A stretch of 64,000 bases of DNA from Naegleria gruberi. Its lineage: Eukaryota. Shown piece after piece: positions 21,633 to 32,148 of the stretch. The stretch lies in NCBI GenBank assembly GCA_000004985.1, contig GG738849.1. One strand, written 5' to 3'. A program made the translations under genes and the position numbers. How positions within the stretch are numbered: position 1 is the first letter of the stretch; each line of letters starts with the position of its first letter. Below the pieces are notes generated by a model. It saw nothing but the letters and a program-made list of their open reading frames with translations, had not been told where the DNA came from and searched no databases.

Positions 21633-23472
21633 ATGCAAATATCTTGCTCAACATCTAACACATCAGGTTCTTCTAATTCTTCTTCATCGAAGAAAAAACC
21701 ATACAAATCAGCTCTCCGTGAGGAGATGGCAAAAACATTTAACAAATTTATAGTTCAAGAAAGAGAGCAGAAAGTAAATGGAGAATCAAAGGCTAAACCT
21801 CTATTTGTAACAACACCATTAACCGCAGTATGCCCATCAAGTAATATCTTTCAACAAGGCTTATCTCAAGATACACCACATTCTGCTAAAGCCATCGGTA
21901 GTTTTAATCAAAGTATATTTGATTCATTATCATCACCAACTCCAAAACAAACAACAGAAATTAATTCATTCCAATATGTAACATTCTCAGAAGATGATGA
22001 TGAATACGCAAAACCGATTGATGATCTAAATAGTTTTATACAAACATATTTATCAGCAATAATTGATGATGAAGAAGAATATGATGATGGAGATGGTTTT
22101 TCTCTCATTACATCAAAACCAAAACCTTTAAAAACAAATTTTGACCTTGATTCAACAACAAGTACAATAAGCACAACAACAGATTATTCCTTCGATGATG
22201 AACCACCAACTCCAAAAACAAAACCAAATATTTCCACGTTTGGAGGTTGTGGTGGATTTGGCTTTGATTTTACTAGTTTGCCACCAAAAAACACATTTTC
22301 ATTTTCTGATGATCAAGGAGAATCACTGAAAAAACCACACAGTTTCACATCAACAACAACAAAGCAATTCCCTAAAAAAGCCAGTGTTGATCTCTTTGCA
22401 AAACCAATTCAATATGACAGATTAGATGATGAATTTCAAGTAAGTATTATTATTTTGTATTATTTCTGATCTAGTTTAATAGTCACTCAAAAAATTTGAA
22501 ACAAGATTACAAAGAAAGAGTGGAATGCATACAAGTGCATATAGACAACATAATTTAACAAAGAATAGGTATAAAAACATTCTTCCAAATGAGAATACAA
22601 GAGTATTACTCCAATCAAAGGAAAGATGTGAACCTGGATCAGATTATATCAATGCAAATCATATTATTACCCAAACAACTCAAAATTTCAAAAGAATTAA
22701 ATTATCCCCTCCACCTACCTATATTGCCACTCAAGCCCCTTTACCTTGTACATTTGCTGATTTTTGGAGAATGATCGTTGAGCATAATAGTACAATTATT
22801 GTAATGCTCAGTAGTGAAGTGCTATCTTCAGATTCAGAGAGTGATGAAAGTAACAATGCTGATCAATTTGATCAATGTTTTAATAAGAACAAGGTGAATA
22901 AGTATTGGCCTTCACTCTACGAGAAAAAACTTTATGGAGATATTGAAGTTGAAACAATTTCGGAAGAACAAACAACTTATGATTTCGTTTATAGACAATT
23001 TTTAGTTTTTGGAGATGGTCTGCCTGATTCTGGTAAGAAGATTCATTTCTATCAATATACAGGTTGGCCTGATATGGGAGTTCCAGATAGTACAGTTTCA
23101 TTCTTTAAATTAATAGAGTGCATTGACAATCTGATGACACAACCAAATTACCCAAATGGTCCAATTACTATCCATTGGTAAGTAGTAATATTTTTAATTT
23201 TCAATAATTAATAATTTAATATTAGCTCGGCAGGTGTTGGTAGAACTGGAACATTTTGTACAATACATATTCTCCTTTCTCAGTACAAGGAGTACCTAAG
23301 TTTACCAAAAGAAGAGCGAGATAACGATAATCCGTTTGATTTTAACATTTATAAAATTGTAAAACAACTGAAAAATTTGAGAGTAGGAATGGTGCAAAGA
23401 AAGGAACAATATAGATATTGCTACTATGGTGTTCGGGATGGAATTAAAGAAATACACTCACAATTTTTTTAA
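21633..23472 (+). CDS. protein tyrosine phosphatase (classical PTP domain) with S/T/N-rich N-terminal region
   Basis: Three exons: 21633..22439, 22483..23177, 23226..23472. Introns are 43 nt and 48 nt, GTAAGT..AG. PTP motifs seen: NRYKNILPNENTRV, FWRMI, KYWP, YTGWPDMGVP. The catalytic HCSAGVGRTG motif is reconstituted across the second intron (…ITIH|CSAGVGRTG). Confidence 0.7.
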
Positions 23473-23508
23473 TAATAATTATTTTAACATTAACTTTTGT
23501 GAATGAAC

Positions 23509-25100
23509 TTAAAGTTCCGGTTGAGAAATAAATGGAATGATCCATGAAAGTAGATTATTTCTCAGACATTCATTCTGCTCTTCATTGGACATGGAGCTTA
23601 GAGAACTCAGAAATGGATGCTGTAATATTTGTTCATAGCTTGGTCTCTTATTTCTATCAATTTGAAGACAACATGCCACAAAATCAATCATTTCATTAGA
23701 AGCAAAGGCCTCTCTCAATATTTTCAAAGCATTATCCACATAGAGATTGAAATCAGTATAGCAACTGACAACATCTTTTGTTGTATCTTGAGGATGCTTT
23801 CCAGTGAATAATTCCACTAATACAAGTCCAGTACTCCACAAATCACAGTTATAACCATACTTTTCCTCTCTCAATCTCTGAAATTATTGTTTTGAAAGGA
23901 ATGCAATCAAATTAAACATACCTCAGGTGATAAATAAATTCTTGTTCCACAAATTGTATCGTAGGTTGTGTCATAAATACCAGAATTTCCAATATTAAGG
24001 TTTTTACCATTCGAAAGACCAAAATCTGATATTTTCACTTCACCATATTTACTCATCAATACTATATTATATTTCCACATTAAAATTCAATATTTTGTTT
24101 CACACAATTAATAAAATTCAATATTCCAATATTTTTAAATACTACATACTATTAGAAGGTTTAACTATTCATCAATATTTCAATAATCTCTTTCTCAAAT
24201 TAAAAACAACTTACTATCTCTATGAATAATATGTTTCGATCTCAAATATTGCAATCCCTCAATGACCTTCTTAATAATAACTGCACATTCCTTCTCTGAC
24301 ATGCAGGATCCAGAAGCATATCTCTGTAGAAATACTTGTGGAAGTTTTCTAATGGTTTTAACAATTTTCTTGATTAATTCCTTATTTCTCTCATTTTCCT
24401 GCTCTGATAAACGATCCACATTCTTAACTTCACTCCCCATTGGGAATAAACTTTTTGTAGATTCGGAACGAACTAAGAGTTTTAAAGTTTTTCTGGTGAG
24501 ATCGATAATGTTCATGATGGTTGATAAACTTCCAATATCCATGTATTCCATAACCAAGTGTACAGTTGTTTCCTTGTAGAAACATTCGTATAATTTTACA
24601 AGATGAGGTGATTCACTATTCGAAATGAAGGTAATTTTACAAAATTATATTCGAAATGAAGGTAAATAATACTCACCTTGTGTAGATGGTATGAAATTCC
24701 CTCCAAATATAATTATCCTTTTCATCATCCCACTTTAAATGAATCTTTTTCAGAGCATAATACTTTCCGGAAATAGTTTTAACTTTCGAATAATTATTAC
24801 ACATAAATTTGATGAGGACCTACCCAAGAAAACAGTTCCAAATTGTCCTTTACCTATCTGTATCATTTGTCCTGTCATTATTTCCTGTACAATTTCACTA
24901 TTTCCCTTGTCAATATATTGATTATTGACAATTTGTTTAATTCCATGTTCTCCGATGGCATATATAACTTTATTCGAACTTAAATCCATAGCAGTTATAA
25001 CAGAATCAGTTTTTAATGTAACATAACAAGTATGTGTTCTAGTAGTCTCATCATCTTCCATGTCATCTGCCAAAAAAGCTGACAAGTTTGCAGGAATCAT
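23509..25100 (-). CDS. protein kinase, MAP kinase kinase (STE7/MEK)-like
   Basis: Six exons (minus strand): 24824..25100, 24677..24782, 24215..24615, 24150..24164 (15-nt micro-exon), 23922..24061, 23509..23877. Motifs seen: glycine loop IGKGQFGTVF, YYALKK, ESPHLVKLYECF, HRD|IKPSN (split by the micro-exon), DFG, GTRIYLSPERL, DLWSTG. All introns are 41-88 nt with GT..AG. About 435 aa. Confidence 0.75.
24613..24661. repeat. tandem duplication (about 22-bp unit, 'attcgaaatgaaggtaa…') inside kinase intron 2
   Basis: Two adjacent copies of ttcgaaatgaaggtaa(n)t within the 61-nt intron at 24616..24676. Confidence 0.5.
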
Positions 25101-25243
25101 TTTTTTTCAATATTTTTAAATATCACATCCTATTTTCAACCTTTCCAAATAATTTTTATTAATCAATTTCATCATCCACTTGATTTCCATCATCTACCTT
25201 CCTTTTATATCAAAATTTACAAAATCAAAAACATAAAAAAAAA

Positions 25244-26024
25244 ATGTCATCATCACTAAGAGCTTTGAGAAAAGTTGATGAGGGAGAGTTTGATTTGAGC
25301 AAGGCACATCACGTTCGTTTAATTTCCCTCATCAGAACACAAATTGCCCATCCGACTGGTGATGGAGAAATTATTAAACAAGCAACGAATGGAAATTTAA
25401 CAAAATTGAAGGAATGTCTGGAGAATGGAAGTTGTATTGATGAAGTAGGTGATTCGGGGGTGAGTTTTTAATAGTTTCAGATGATGATAATGATCAATGG
25501 AAATTTGTATTTTGCGATGGAAAATTCATGAAATTGTGTGGTAAAATTTGAAATGATTTCGAATTGAAATTGTGTTGATGGGGGTGAGTAGAGAATTAAT
25601 GCATTGATGATGGCTATTCATAAGGGACATAATGAAATGGTCAAGTATTTATTGGATCAAGGAGCTGATATGCACTATATCAATCATTCGTAAGTTGTTT
25701 TATCAAATGATTAGTGATTGAATTTATGCAATAATATATATTGGAAATAGTCCTTATTGTGACACTGCATTGCATTGGGCTGCCTATTACAAAAATCCAC
25801 AAGCTTGTAAAATGTTATTGGAAAGAGGAGCTTTGGGTGATATTCCAAATTATTCTGGAGTGACACCTTTGGATGACGCACGTAATCATTGCAAGCAATG
25901 TGAAGCTCTCATTCAGGAATATTTGGAATGCTCTCTTGTTGCTAGGAAGAGAATTGAGAAATTTAGAGAAATGCTGTTGAAAAATCCATCACTGGATGTT
26001 GAAATTATTGTAACTAACTTGTAA
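25244..26024 (+). CDS. small ankyrin-repeat protein
   Basis: Three exons: 25244..25459, 25592..25689, 25751..26024. Donors are GTGAGT and GTAAGT. Ankyrin consensus (G.TALHWAA, GH.EMVKYLLDQGAD) is continuous across the splice junctions. A-rich ATG context. Confidence 0.65.
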
Positions 26025-26211
26025 ATAATCACATTGTATATTGGACACCGAACGAATATCAAACTTTTACAATTTTAGAGATTTGTAAAACACAAGAAAT
26101 TGAATTCACATAGGTTTTTATTCTTTTGTTGAAATCTAAAAAGATTTCGTTGGAATAATTTATTTGAAATTACATAAATGCAACAAAAATTTCAGGGGCT
26201 CGCCACGTTTA

Positions 26212-26282
26212 CCGTCTCGGGAGGAATCGAACCTCCGTCAATGGATTCAAAGTCCACTATGCTACCATTACACCACGAGACG
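26212..26282 (-). tRNA. tRNA-Gln (anticodon UUG)
   Basis: 71-nt cloverleaf: acceptor CGTCTCG/CGAGACG, D-arm GTGT..GCAT, anticodon loop CTTTGAA, T-arm GGAGG-TTCGATT-CCTCC, discriminator G. Identical to the copies at 44443 and 45008. Confidence 0.85.
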
Positions 26283-26403
26283 AGCACATTATTTATATCA
26301 ACACCCCCAAGTGCTTAAATACTCTTCCATTAAGGGGATATCGTTTTCAAGCTGTTTTTCAACACTCTCCGAATTTTTGATCATTTAAATCAATTAGAAA
26401 AAT

Positions 26404-27504
26404 ATGCAAACACTCCCTATTGAAATTCTCACTGAACACATCTTTACTCTGATAATTGATTTCAATGATCAAAAATTCGGAGAGCAAATTTCCAACCTGT
26501 GTCTCGTGTGTTCGGAATGGGCAAATTGTTTCTACAATATTTCATCATCATCATCAGCAGAGAATGGTGAATTATTTTGGAGAGTCAAGCTTGACTCATT
26601 AAATAATAATAATTTAAATAATAATAATTTAAATAATCATGATGATGATGATAATTTAAAATTATTGAAAAATAAGAGAGATTTCAATTTTAGAGAATTA
26701 TTCATCCTACAAACAATTCCAATCTTGGATTTTCCATCAAATGAACGGGTATCATTTACTGGACCTGTGGGAACTGATCAGTTATTCTATTCTGGAAATT
26801 TCCAAAGTTGTAGAATTTTGAATGAGAATTCTCAAGGGCTATTGGCTCTCCATAAAAGGATAATGACGAATTGTTTACAAATTCTGCATGATGGAAAGGG
26901 GAAACACTTATCAGATTCATCTTATTCGTTAACATTTCTAAGAAATTGCAAAATTAATGCATTTTCATTGGTTGGTCAGATTGTAGATTGGAGGAGTGAA
27001 TTTGAATTTGAATATGGAAGAATTTATAATGAGAGAGTGGCGAAACCCTACTCTGAATTCATTGTTAATTGGGATGTAAGAGCAGTTCCAGGAGATTTCA
27101 TAGTCTCTACGACGGGTGATTTGATTGAACGATTGAAGAATGCAGTGCAATGTGTGGAAACTAGGAATGAAAAGGTGGATGAGTACTATTATTTTGTCAT
27201 GAGGAAAGCTCTTTATGAAACCTTACTGAATAGAAATGTGCAATTGGTAAAGATAAATGATATGACTCGATTGGATGATGAAGAGGATGAATATGAAATG
27301 AATGCTCCACAAGAGCAATTTCAAATACCATTCCCAAAAAACTTTGATGAATTGGAATCATTTCTTCAGGATAATTCAGTTTTAATATTAAGCAATCCTT
27401 TGTGCATAACATATCCATGCTCTTGTGATGTTTTTACATTCATGATATTTTCCAAAGTTCAGAAAGGACATGCAATTTTCCTGAATATTGAAAGTACTTC
27501 ATAA
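26404..27504 (+). CDS. F-box domain protein
   Basis: ATG at 26404. N-terminal F-box (LPIEILTEHIFTLI…). Poly-Asn/Asp tract (NNNNLNNNNLNNHDDDDN) coded by (AAT)n/(GAT)n at about 26590-26655. 366 codons, TAA stop. Confidence 0.7.
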   Translation: MQTLPIEILTEHIFTLIIDFNDQKFGEQISNLCLVCSEWANCFYNISSSSSAENGELFWRVKLDSLNNNNLNNNNLNNHDDDDNLKLLKNKRDFNFRELFILQTIPILDFPSNERVSFTGPVGTDQLFYSGNFQSCRILNENSQGLLALHKRIMTNCLQILHDGKGKHLSDSSYSLTFLRNCKINAFSLVGQIVDWRSEFEFEYGRIYNERVAKPYSEFIVNWDVRAVPGDFIVSTTGDLIERLKNAVQCVETRNEKVDEYYYFVMRKALYETLLNRNVQLVKINDMTRLDDEEDEYEMNAPQEQFQIPFPKNFDELESFLQDNSVLILSNPLCITYPCSCDVFTFMIFSKVQKGHAIFLNIESTS

Positions 27505-27600
27505 TACTATGAGTACTCAACTTGAGAGAATTATCACAATCAAATTATTTCATTATCTATTTCTATTTATTTACAAGTTTGTTATCAGGAACCATAAATT

Positions 27601-28410
27601 TTACCAAAATAAGAAACTAGCCAACAATGCCATAAGAACCATCACATTGACATTTCCACTAAGAGAATTTCCCTCAGAAGCTGTTGTACCATTCATTGAA
27701 ACTCCCATTTCAACATATGCATAAAATCCAGCACTGATATCACTTGATGAAATTTGCTTCAAAGTCAACATTCCTAACACTCCATTATCTTTAAAAACAG
27801 AATCAGTGGAGAGTGAAGTTCTCTGGTTGGTATTTGAAGTGTAAGGTGAAACTTTTGCAACAGCATCTGTCATTGAATCATTGAATGAAAATTGAGAGGT
27901 CAATAGAAGAGTACTATCCTGCCAAATTCTAACATGAATGTGATTGTCTCTTCCAGTGTACCATCCTGGATATATAGTTTTGAAATATGCAACTGCACTC
28001 GAATTGGTAAATTGTTTTCCTCTAAAATAAGTATTGGTGTCTGTTTTTGGGTTTGCATAATTCTTGGAAGCTTCTTCATAGTGTGAATAAATTCCCAAAT
28101 AATCACAATGCCAAATTTCAACAGTGACATTCTGTTTGGTTGGAAGACAAGTGGCCAAATCTAAAATTGTAATGTAGAGATGAATTGGGAAACCTGATTT
28201 TGATTCTGTTATATCGGCACGATAGGGCATTCCTGAAACGAAGTATGGACCTTCAGTTTCTGATGGAGAGGCAATGCATGTGAGGGAACCTCTCTTGACA
28301 ATATCTTTTGGAGTAATGTATCGTTTTGGTCCATGTCCATAACATGTGCTGGCAATGATGGACGAAACCAGAAGAAACATAAGAAACCTTGTGATTGTTA
28401 AAGAATGCAT
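27601..28410 (-). CDS. secreted intradiol ring-cleavage dioxygenase-like protein
   Basis: ATG at 28410 with N-terminal signal peptide and a C-terminal hydrophobic tail (GPI-anchor-like). Family motifs seen: CIASPSETEGPYF, IWHCDYLGIYS, YPGWYTGRDNHIHVRIW. Confidence 0.75.
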   Translation of the reverse strand: MHSLTITRFLMFLLVSSIIASTCYGHGPKRYITPKDIVKRGSLTCIASPSETEGPYFVSGMPYRADITESKSGFPIHLYITILDLATCLPTKQNVTVEIWHCDYLGIYSHYEEASKNYANPKTDTNTYFRGKQFTNSSAVAYFKTIYPGWYTGRDNHIHVRIWQDSTLLLTSQFSFNDSMTDAVAKVSPYTSNTNQRTSLSTDSVFKDNGVLGMLTLKQISSSDISAGFYAYVEMGVSMNGTTASEGNSLSGNVNVMVLMALLASFLFW

Positions 28411-29110
28411 GATGTTGTTTTTTTAACATTGTGGATATCTTTGCAAGAGAATGTTGGCTTTATATAATTGTTGATGGATAAGCAAGGATTCTTACGACAA
28501 AAGTTTCGAATTTCAAACTAGTTTCGAGTTCTTTTCCTCAAGTTCTTTCCAACTATCCAATAAATAAACTTCTAATAAGGACTGTCAAACCCTCTTGCTT
28601 CCAAAATCAAAATACCAACAAGGATAGTTTCCATCAAGAATCCTCCTAACATTGACTCGACCGTTATATTTTACATATTTAACACAGTTATTTGGTAATC
28701 ATAACAATACATTGGATTGCCATTCTTTCTATCTTATCGATTGGGTAGACGAAGAGTTACAGCAGTGATTTGTGAATGGTGCAGTAACCAACTTTCAAGT
28801 AGGTGGTTGACTTGTTAACATGAAAATCAAACCAGCTCTATTCACAATTCCTTCCTATCATTTAGGAATCCAATCTTTGTGCTACTTTTTGCAACACCTT
28901 ACTGGCAGGACAATCGATAATCTCAAAATGAGAAGTAGCAATATTACACGTTCAATTGCCATGTATTGATTGGTTCAGATTCTTACAACCTCTCATAGAT
29001 GCTACATCAGTACTATCGCCACAAACAATATGAAGAAGTGGAAAGCAAAGGTGTAATTCTGTTTAGTTTGTTTTTAATAATAAATATTTTACAGATCATC
29101 AGTAGATGAT

Positions 29111-29858
29111 TTAATCGACCATTTCATCGATCTTCTTTGATGAAGTATCCAATAAATTCAAATAATTTTCAATATCATCATCCTCATATAAAGTGAATTT
29201 ATAGATCCTTTCCAACAACAGCAACTGAACAATTCTTTGTTGTCAATTCTACATTATCTCCAGTTGTTCCTTTAAGGGCCTTCAAGGCATGAACGATAAG
29301 ATCCTTCCAATCATTTGTGAATGTATCGTAATGCTTTTCAAAGTAAGTCTTGGCACTTTGAGATCTAGCACCAATAGCAATAGCCTTATAACTATACAAA
29401 TTTCCACTTGGACAAGTTTGATACAAGTGAGCACCAGTTTCATCATAACCACCAACCAATAATCCAACACCGAATGGACGGCCTGATGAGCTTTGTGTAC
29501 TCTTTTGGGATTTATCGGCAATCTTTGATGCTAATCTTTGTACAGGAACTGGAGTTTCAAAAACATATTGATGGCTCATACATTCGTTTCTCATATATTT
29601 ACTCAATACACGTCCATCAGCAGCCAATCCGGCAATAGCAATACCAATGTGATCATCAATCTTGAAAAGCTTCTTTTGATAGCTAGAAAGTTCGGCGTGT
29701 GGTGCTCTCTTCAAAGTTGCCAATACTACAAAATCCTTTGATTTAAGTCCAACAGCAGCACTTCCTTGTTGAACGGCTTCCATAGCATATTCAACTTGGT
29801 GCAATCTTCCTTGTGGTGACCAAGTGGTAATATCAGTGTCGTATTGATTTCTAAACAT
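29111..29858 (-). CDS. proteasome subunit alpha type-1 (PSMA1/alpha-6), with a +1 frame break before the C-terminal tail
   Basis: ORF 29199..29858 (ATG at 29858) is collinear with PSMA1 from [29 protein letters not shown] through …VAVVGKDL, then TAA. The next 30 codons in the +1 frame ([18 protein letters not shown]…, ending TAA at 29111) continue the PSMA1 tail homology (human …GKDLEFTIYDDDD…). Skipping one T of CTA-TAA-A restores a single ORF. Confidence 0.8.
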
Positions 29859-29995
29859 TTTTTTGTATTAAATTTTTGATGTTGGTGATTCTATTTTTAA
29901 TTCATCATTTCCCTGCCTTGCTGTTGTTCGACTTGTAAAAAATTTGAAATGATGAAAAATTTTTTGATTCATTAGTTTTCAAAAAACTAAATGTT

Positions 29996-31144
29996 TTAAT
30001 GTTTTGATCTTTTTTGAGGAATGAAAACTTGAGCAAAGTAGTTTTCAATGTATTCTTTGGGATTGTCACCAAGAACTGAATGACCAGCTTTGGAAATTTC
30101 AATAAAATTACATTCATAATTTTTACAGAGTAAATTGAATAGTCTTTCCAATTGTTCTCGTGTTGTTACAGAGCTGTCTGCACCTCTAACGATGGAGACT
30201 TTGACATTTTGATAATCTTGCTTTGTTTCGAGGGCTTTCCATAATTCTTCCCTTAAATTTCTTTCAGTGTTTGCTGCCATATTATCAATACTAAAAGTGG
30301 TGTCATATTTCCATGTCCATAAATTTGTTTCTGGATTGCATTTCAAGGAGTATTTCAATCGAGTGGTCAAATTCTCAACACTTCTCCTTGGATTATACTT
30401 TTGAGCCCAAGCCAAAAATTCCTCAAATGTATTAAATGTTTGAGTGGATTTAACTTGTTGAGAGACACTTTGAGTTCCTTGTGGAATTATTGAATGGACA
30501 GGAATTTGATCAGGAGAAATATCAATTAATGAAATTGAATGCAAATGATTTGCTAAAATTTTCTCAAATCTTGATAAGGTTTCCGAATTGATTCCACCAC
30601 TCAATGAAAGAGTTGATTTCCTATCGGTGAGCAGAGCATTCATGAGAATAATTCCACCCAAACTCATACCAACAAATGAAACTCTATCAAATGATTCCTT
30701 CTCCAAATATCTTACCACAAACAAGATTAAATCAGCCACAAATCCATCCATACTATATTGATTTGGAGTGTGTGCAGAGTCTCCGTGCCCTCTCAAATCC
30801 ACAGAAACAAATCGAAATCTATTATTCAATGAGTGTCGTTGCAATGAATTATTTTCTTCTTTCTGATAATAATTGTAAAATTCCTCTACAAAATCATCAA
30901 AGGTATGACAAGTCTGAAATGATCCATGTAATAAAATTATTAAATGTTTTTCATCACGATTAATTCCGATTGTTTGTGGTGATGAAGAAGCTTCTTCTTC
31001 CGATTCTACTATTTGATTATTTAATAAAAGTTGAATATAATGCAATTTTCCGAGAGGAGTAAATTCTAATTTTTCATCAATTTTTGAGTGCTTCCCGTAC
31101 AGATCATGGATGAAATGATCACTAAATACAAGTTGTTGAGACAT
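29996..31144 (-). CDS. alpha/beta-hydrolase fold protein
   Basis: ORF 29996..31177; the first ATG (MSQQLVF…) is at 31144 in an A-rich context. Motifs seen: HGSFQTCHTF, DLRGHGDS, nucleophile elbow GMSLGG, C-terminal …KAGHSVL. Confidence 0.7.
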   Translation of the reverse strand: MSQQLVFSDHFIHDLYGKHSKIDEKLEFTPLGKLHYIQLLLNNQIVESEEEASSSPQTIGINRDEKHLIILLHGSFQTCHTFDDFVEEFYNYYQKEENNSLQRHSLNNRFRFVSVDLRGHGDSAHTPNQYSMDGFVADLILFVVRYLEKESFDRVSFVGMSLGGIILMNALLTDRKSTLSLSGGINSETLSRFEKILANHLHSISLIDISPDQIPVHSIIPQGTQSVSQQVKSTQTFNTFEEFLAWAQKYNPRRSVENLTTRLKYSLKCNPETNLWTWKYDTTFSIDNMAANTERNLREELWKALETKQDYQNVKVSIVRGADSSVTTREQLERLFNLLCKNYECNFIEISKAGHSVLGDNPKEYIENYFAQVFIPQKRSKH

Positions 31145-32148
31145 TTTTTTTGTAAAGAGTAAATAAGTATTGATCAATCTTTAAAGTATTGCATCATGTT
31201 ACAAAAAATCTTGGCAGTAAATGAATTCAGGACAATCTCCAAATATAAAAAACGTGTTGTTTTGAACGACCATTTTTGATCCTTATCTTCCTAATAAGCA
31301 TAAAAACCATCAATACATTGTTAAACAACATTTCTGGTAGTTACCTTAATGTTAATATTATTTAACATGATCATCAACTAGTATACTTTACAATCTCTGT
31401 AAATTCTTCAAGTAAAAGACAATATTCGGTGTCCACACAAAGCTTTCAATAGTTCAACCTTTGTGGAACTGTGTGTAAGTTTCTATTGTAAACTTCGCAC
31501 ATCGAATTCTATTGGCTTGTGGTCTTTTTGAACATCTATGTAGATAATAGCCAACGACAAAATCATTTCCAACACAAAGAACAGAGCGAGGAGAATACTT
31601 CCGATATCTTGCTATCTGTGTGTACATCCAATCGTTTAAGCGTCATTGAATATCTGCTTTACTACATCTTTACTATTGACTTTTTCAAAGTATGTTTGTC
31701 TCTCGTTTCAAAACTAGACTCAAACATGTGAAATCTCCTCTTTTTACTCTCAATGCACCCTTTAAAAAACGCCCGAATATATTAAATAATAAATATTCAC
31801 CAAACACTGGATAAGGTGTGCGAACGGTAGCAAGCCGACTCGACTTCGCTGGGCAATTTGCTGCGTTGACCTCACAATATTCCAAATAAATCCTAATTCA
31901 AGAAGGCTAAGCATTTTTATCAAAAAAAAATCACCAATTTCCAACACGCGCGCTTGTTTTGAGTGAATTGGTTCTTTGTGAAAACAAGTTTTGTGTTCAT
32001 CTCAAATAACAACAACAATCAATATATCAATATATCAACAATTATTGTGTCGTAATTTTTTAAAGGAACAACACACAATTTTTCAAAGACTAATATTCAA
32101 GTTTACTAGTTGAATTCAACTCCCGATAATAATTCATCACAATATAAT

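Noticed and set aside
26590-26655. (AAT)n/(GAT)n microsatellite
   Set aside because: It lies within the F-box gene and encodes an in-frame poly-Asn/Asp tract. It is noted under that gene rather than as an independent repeat element.
29199-29201. Intron explanation for the PSMA1, FN3K and squalene monooxygenase B frame breaks
   Set aside because: The conserved peptide blocks on each side are contiguous (0-4 nt apart). This is far below the 41-nt minimum intron seen in this window, and no GT..AG pair fits.
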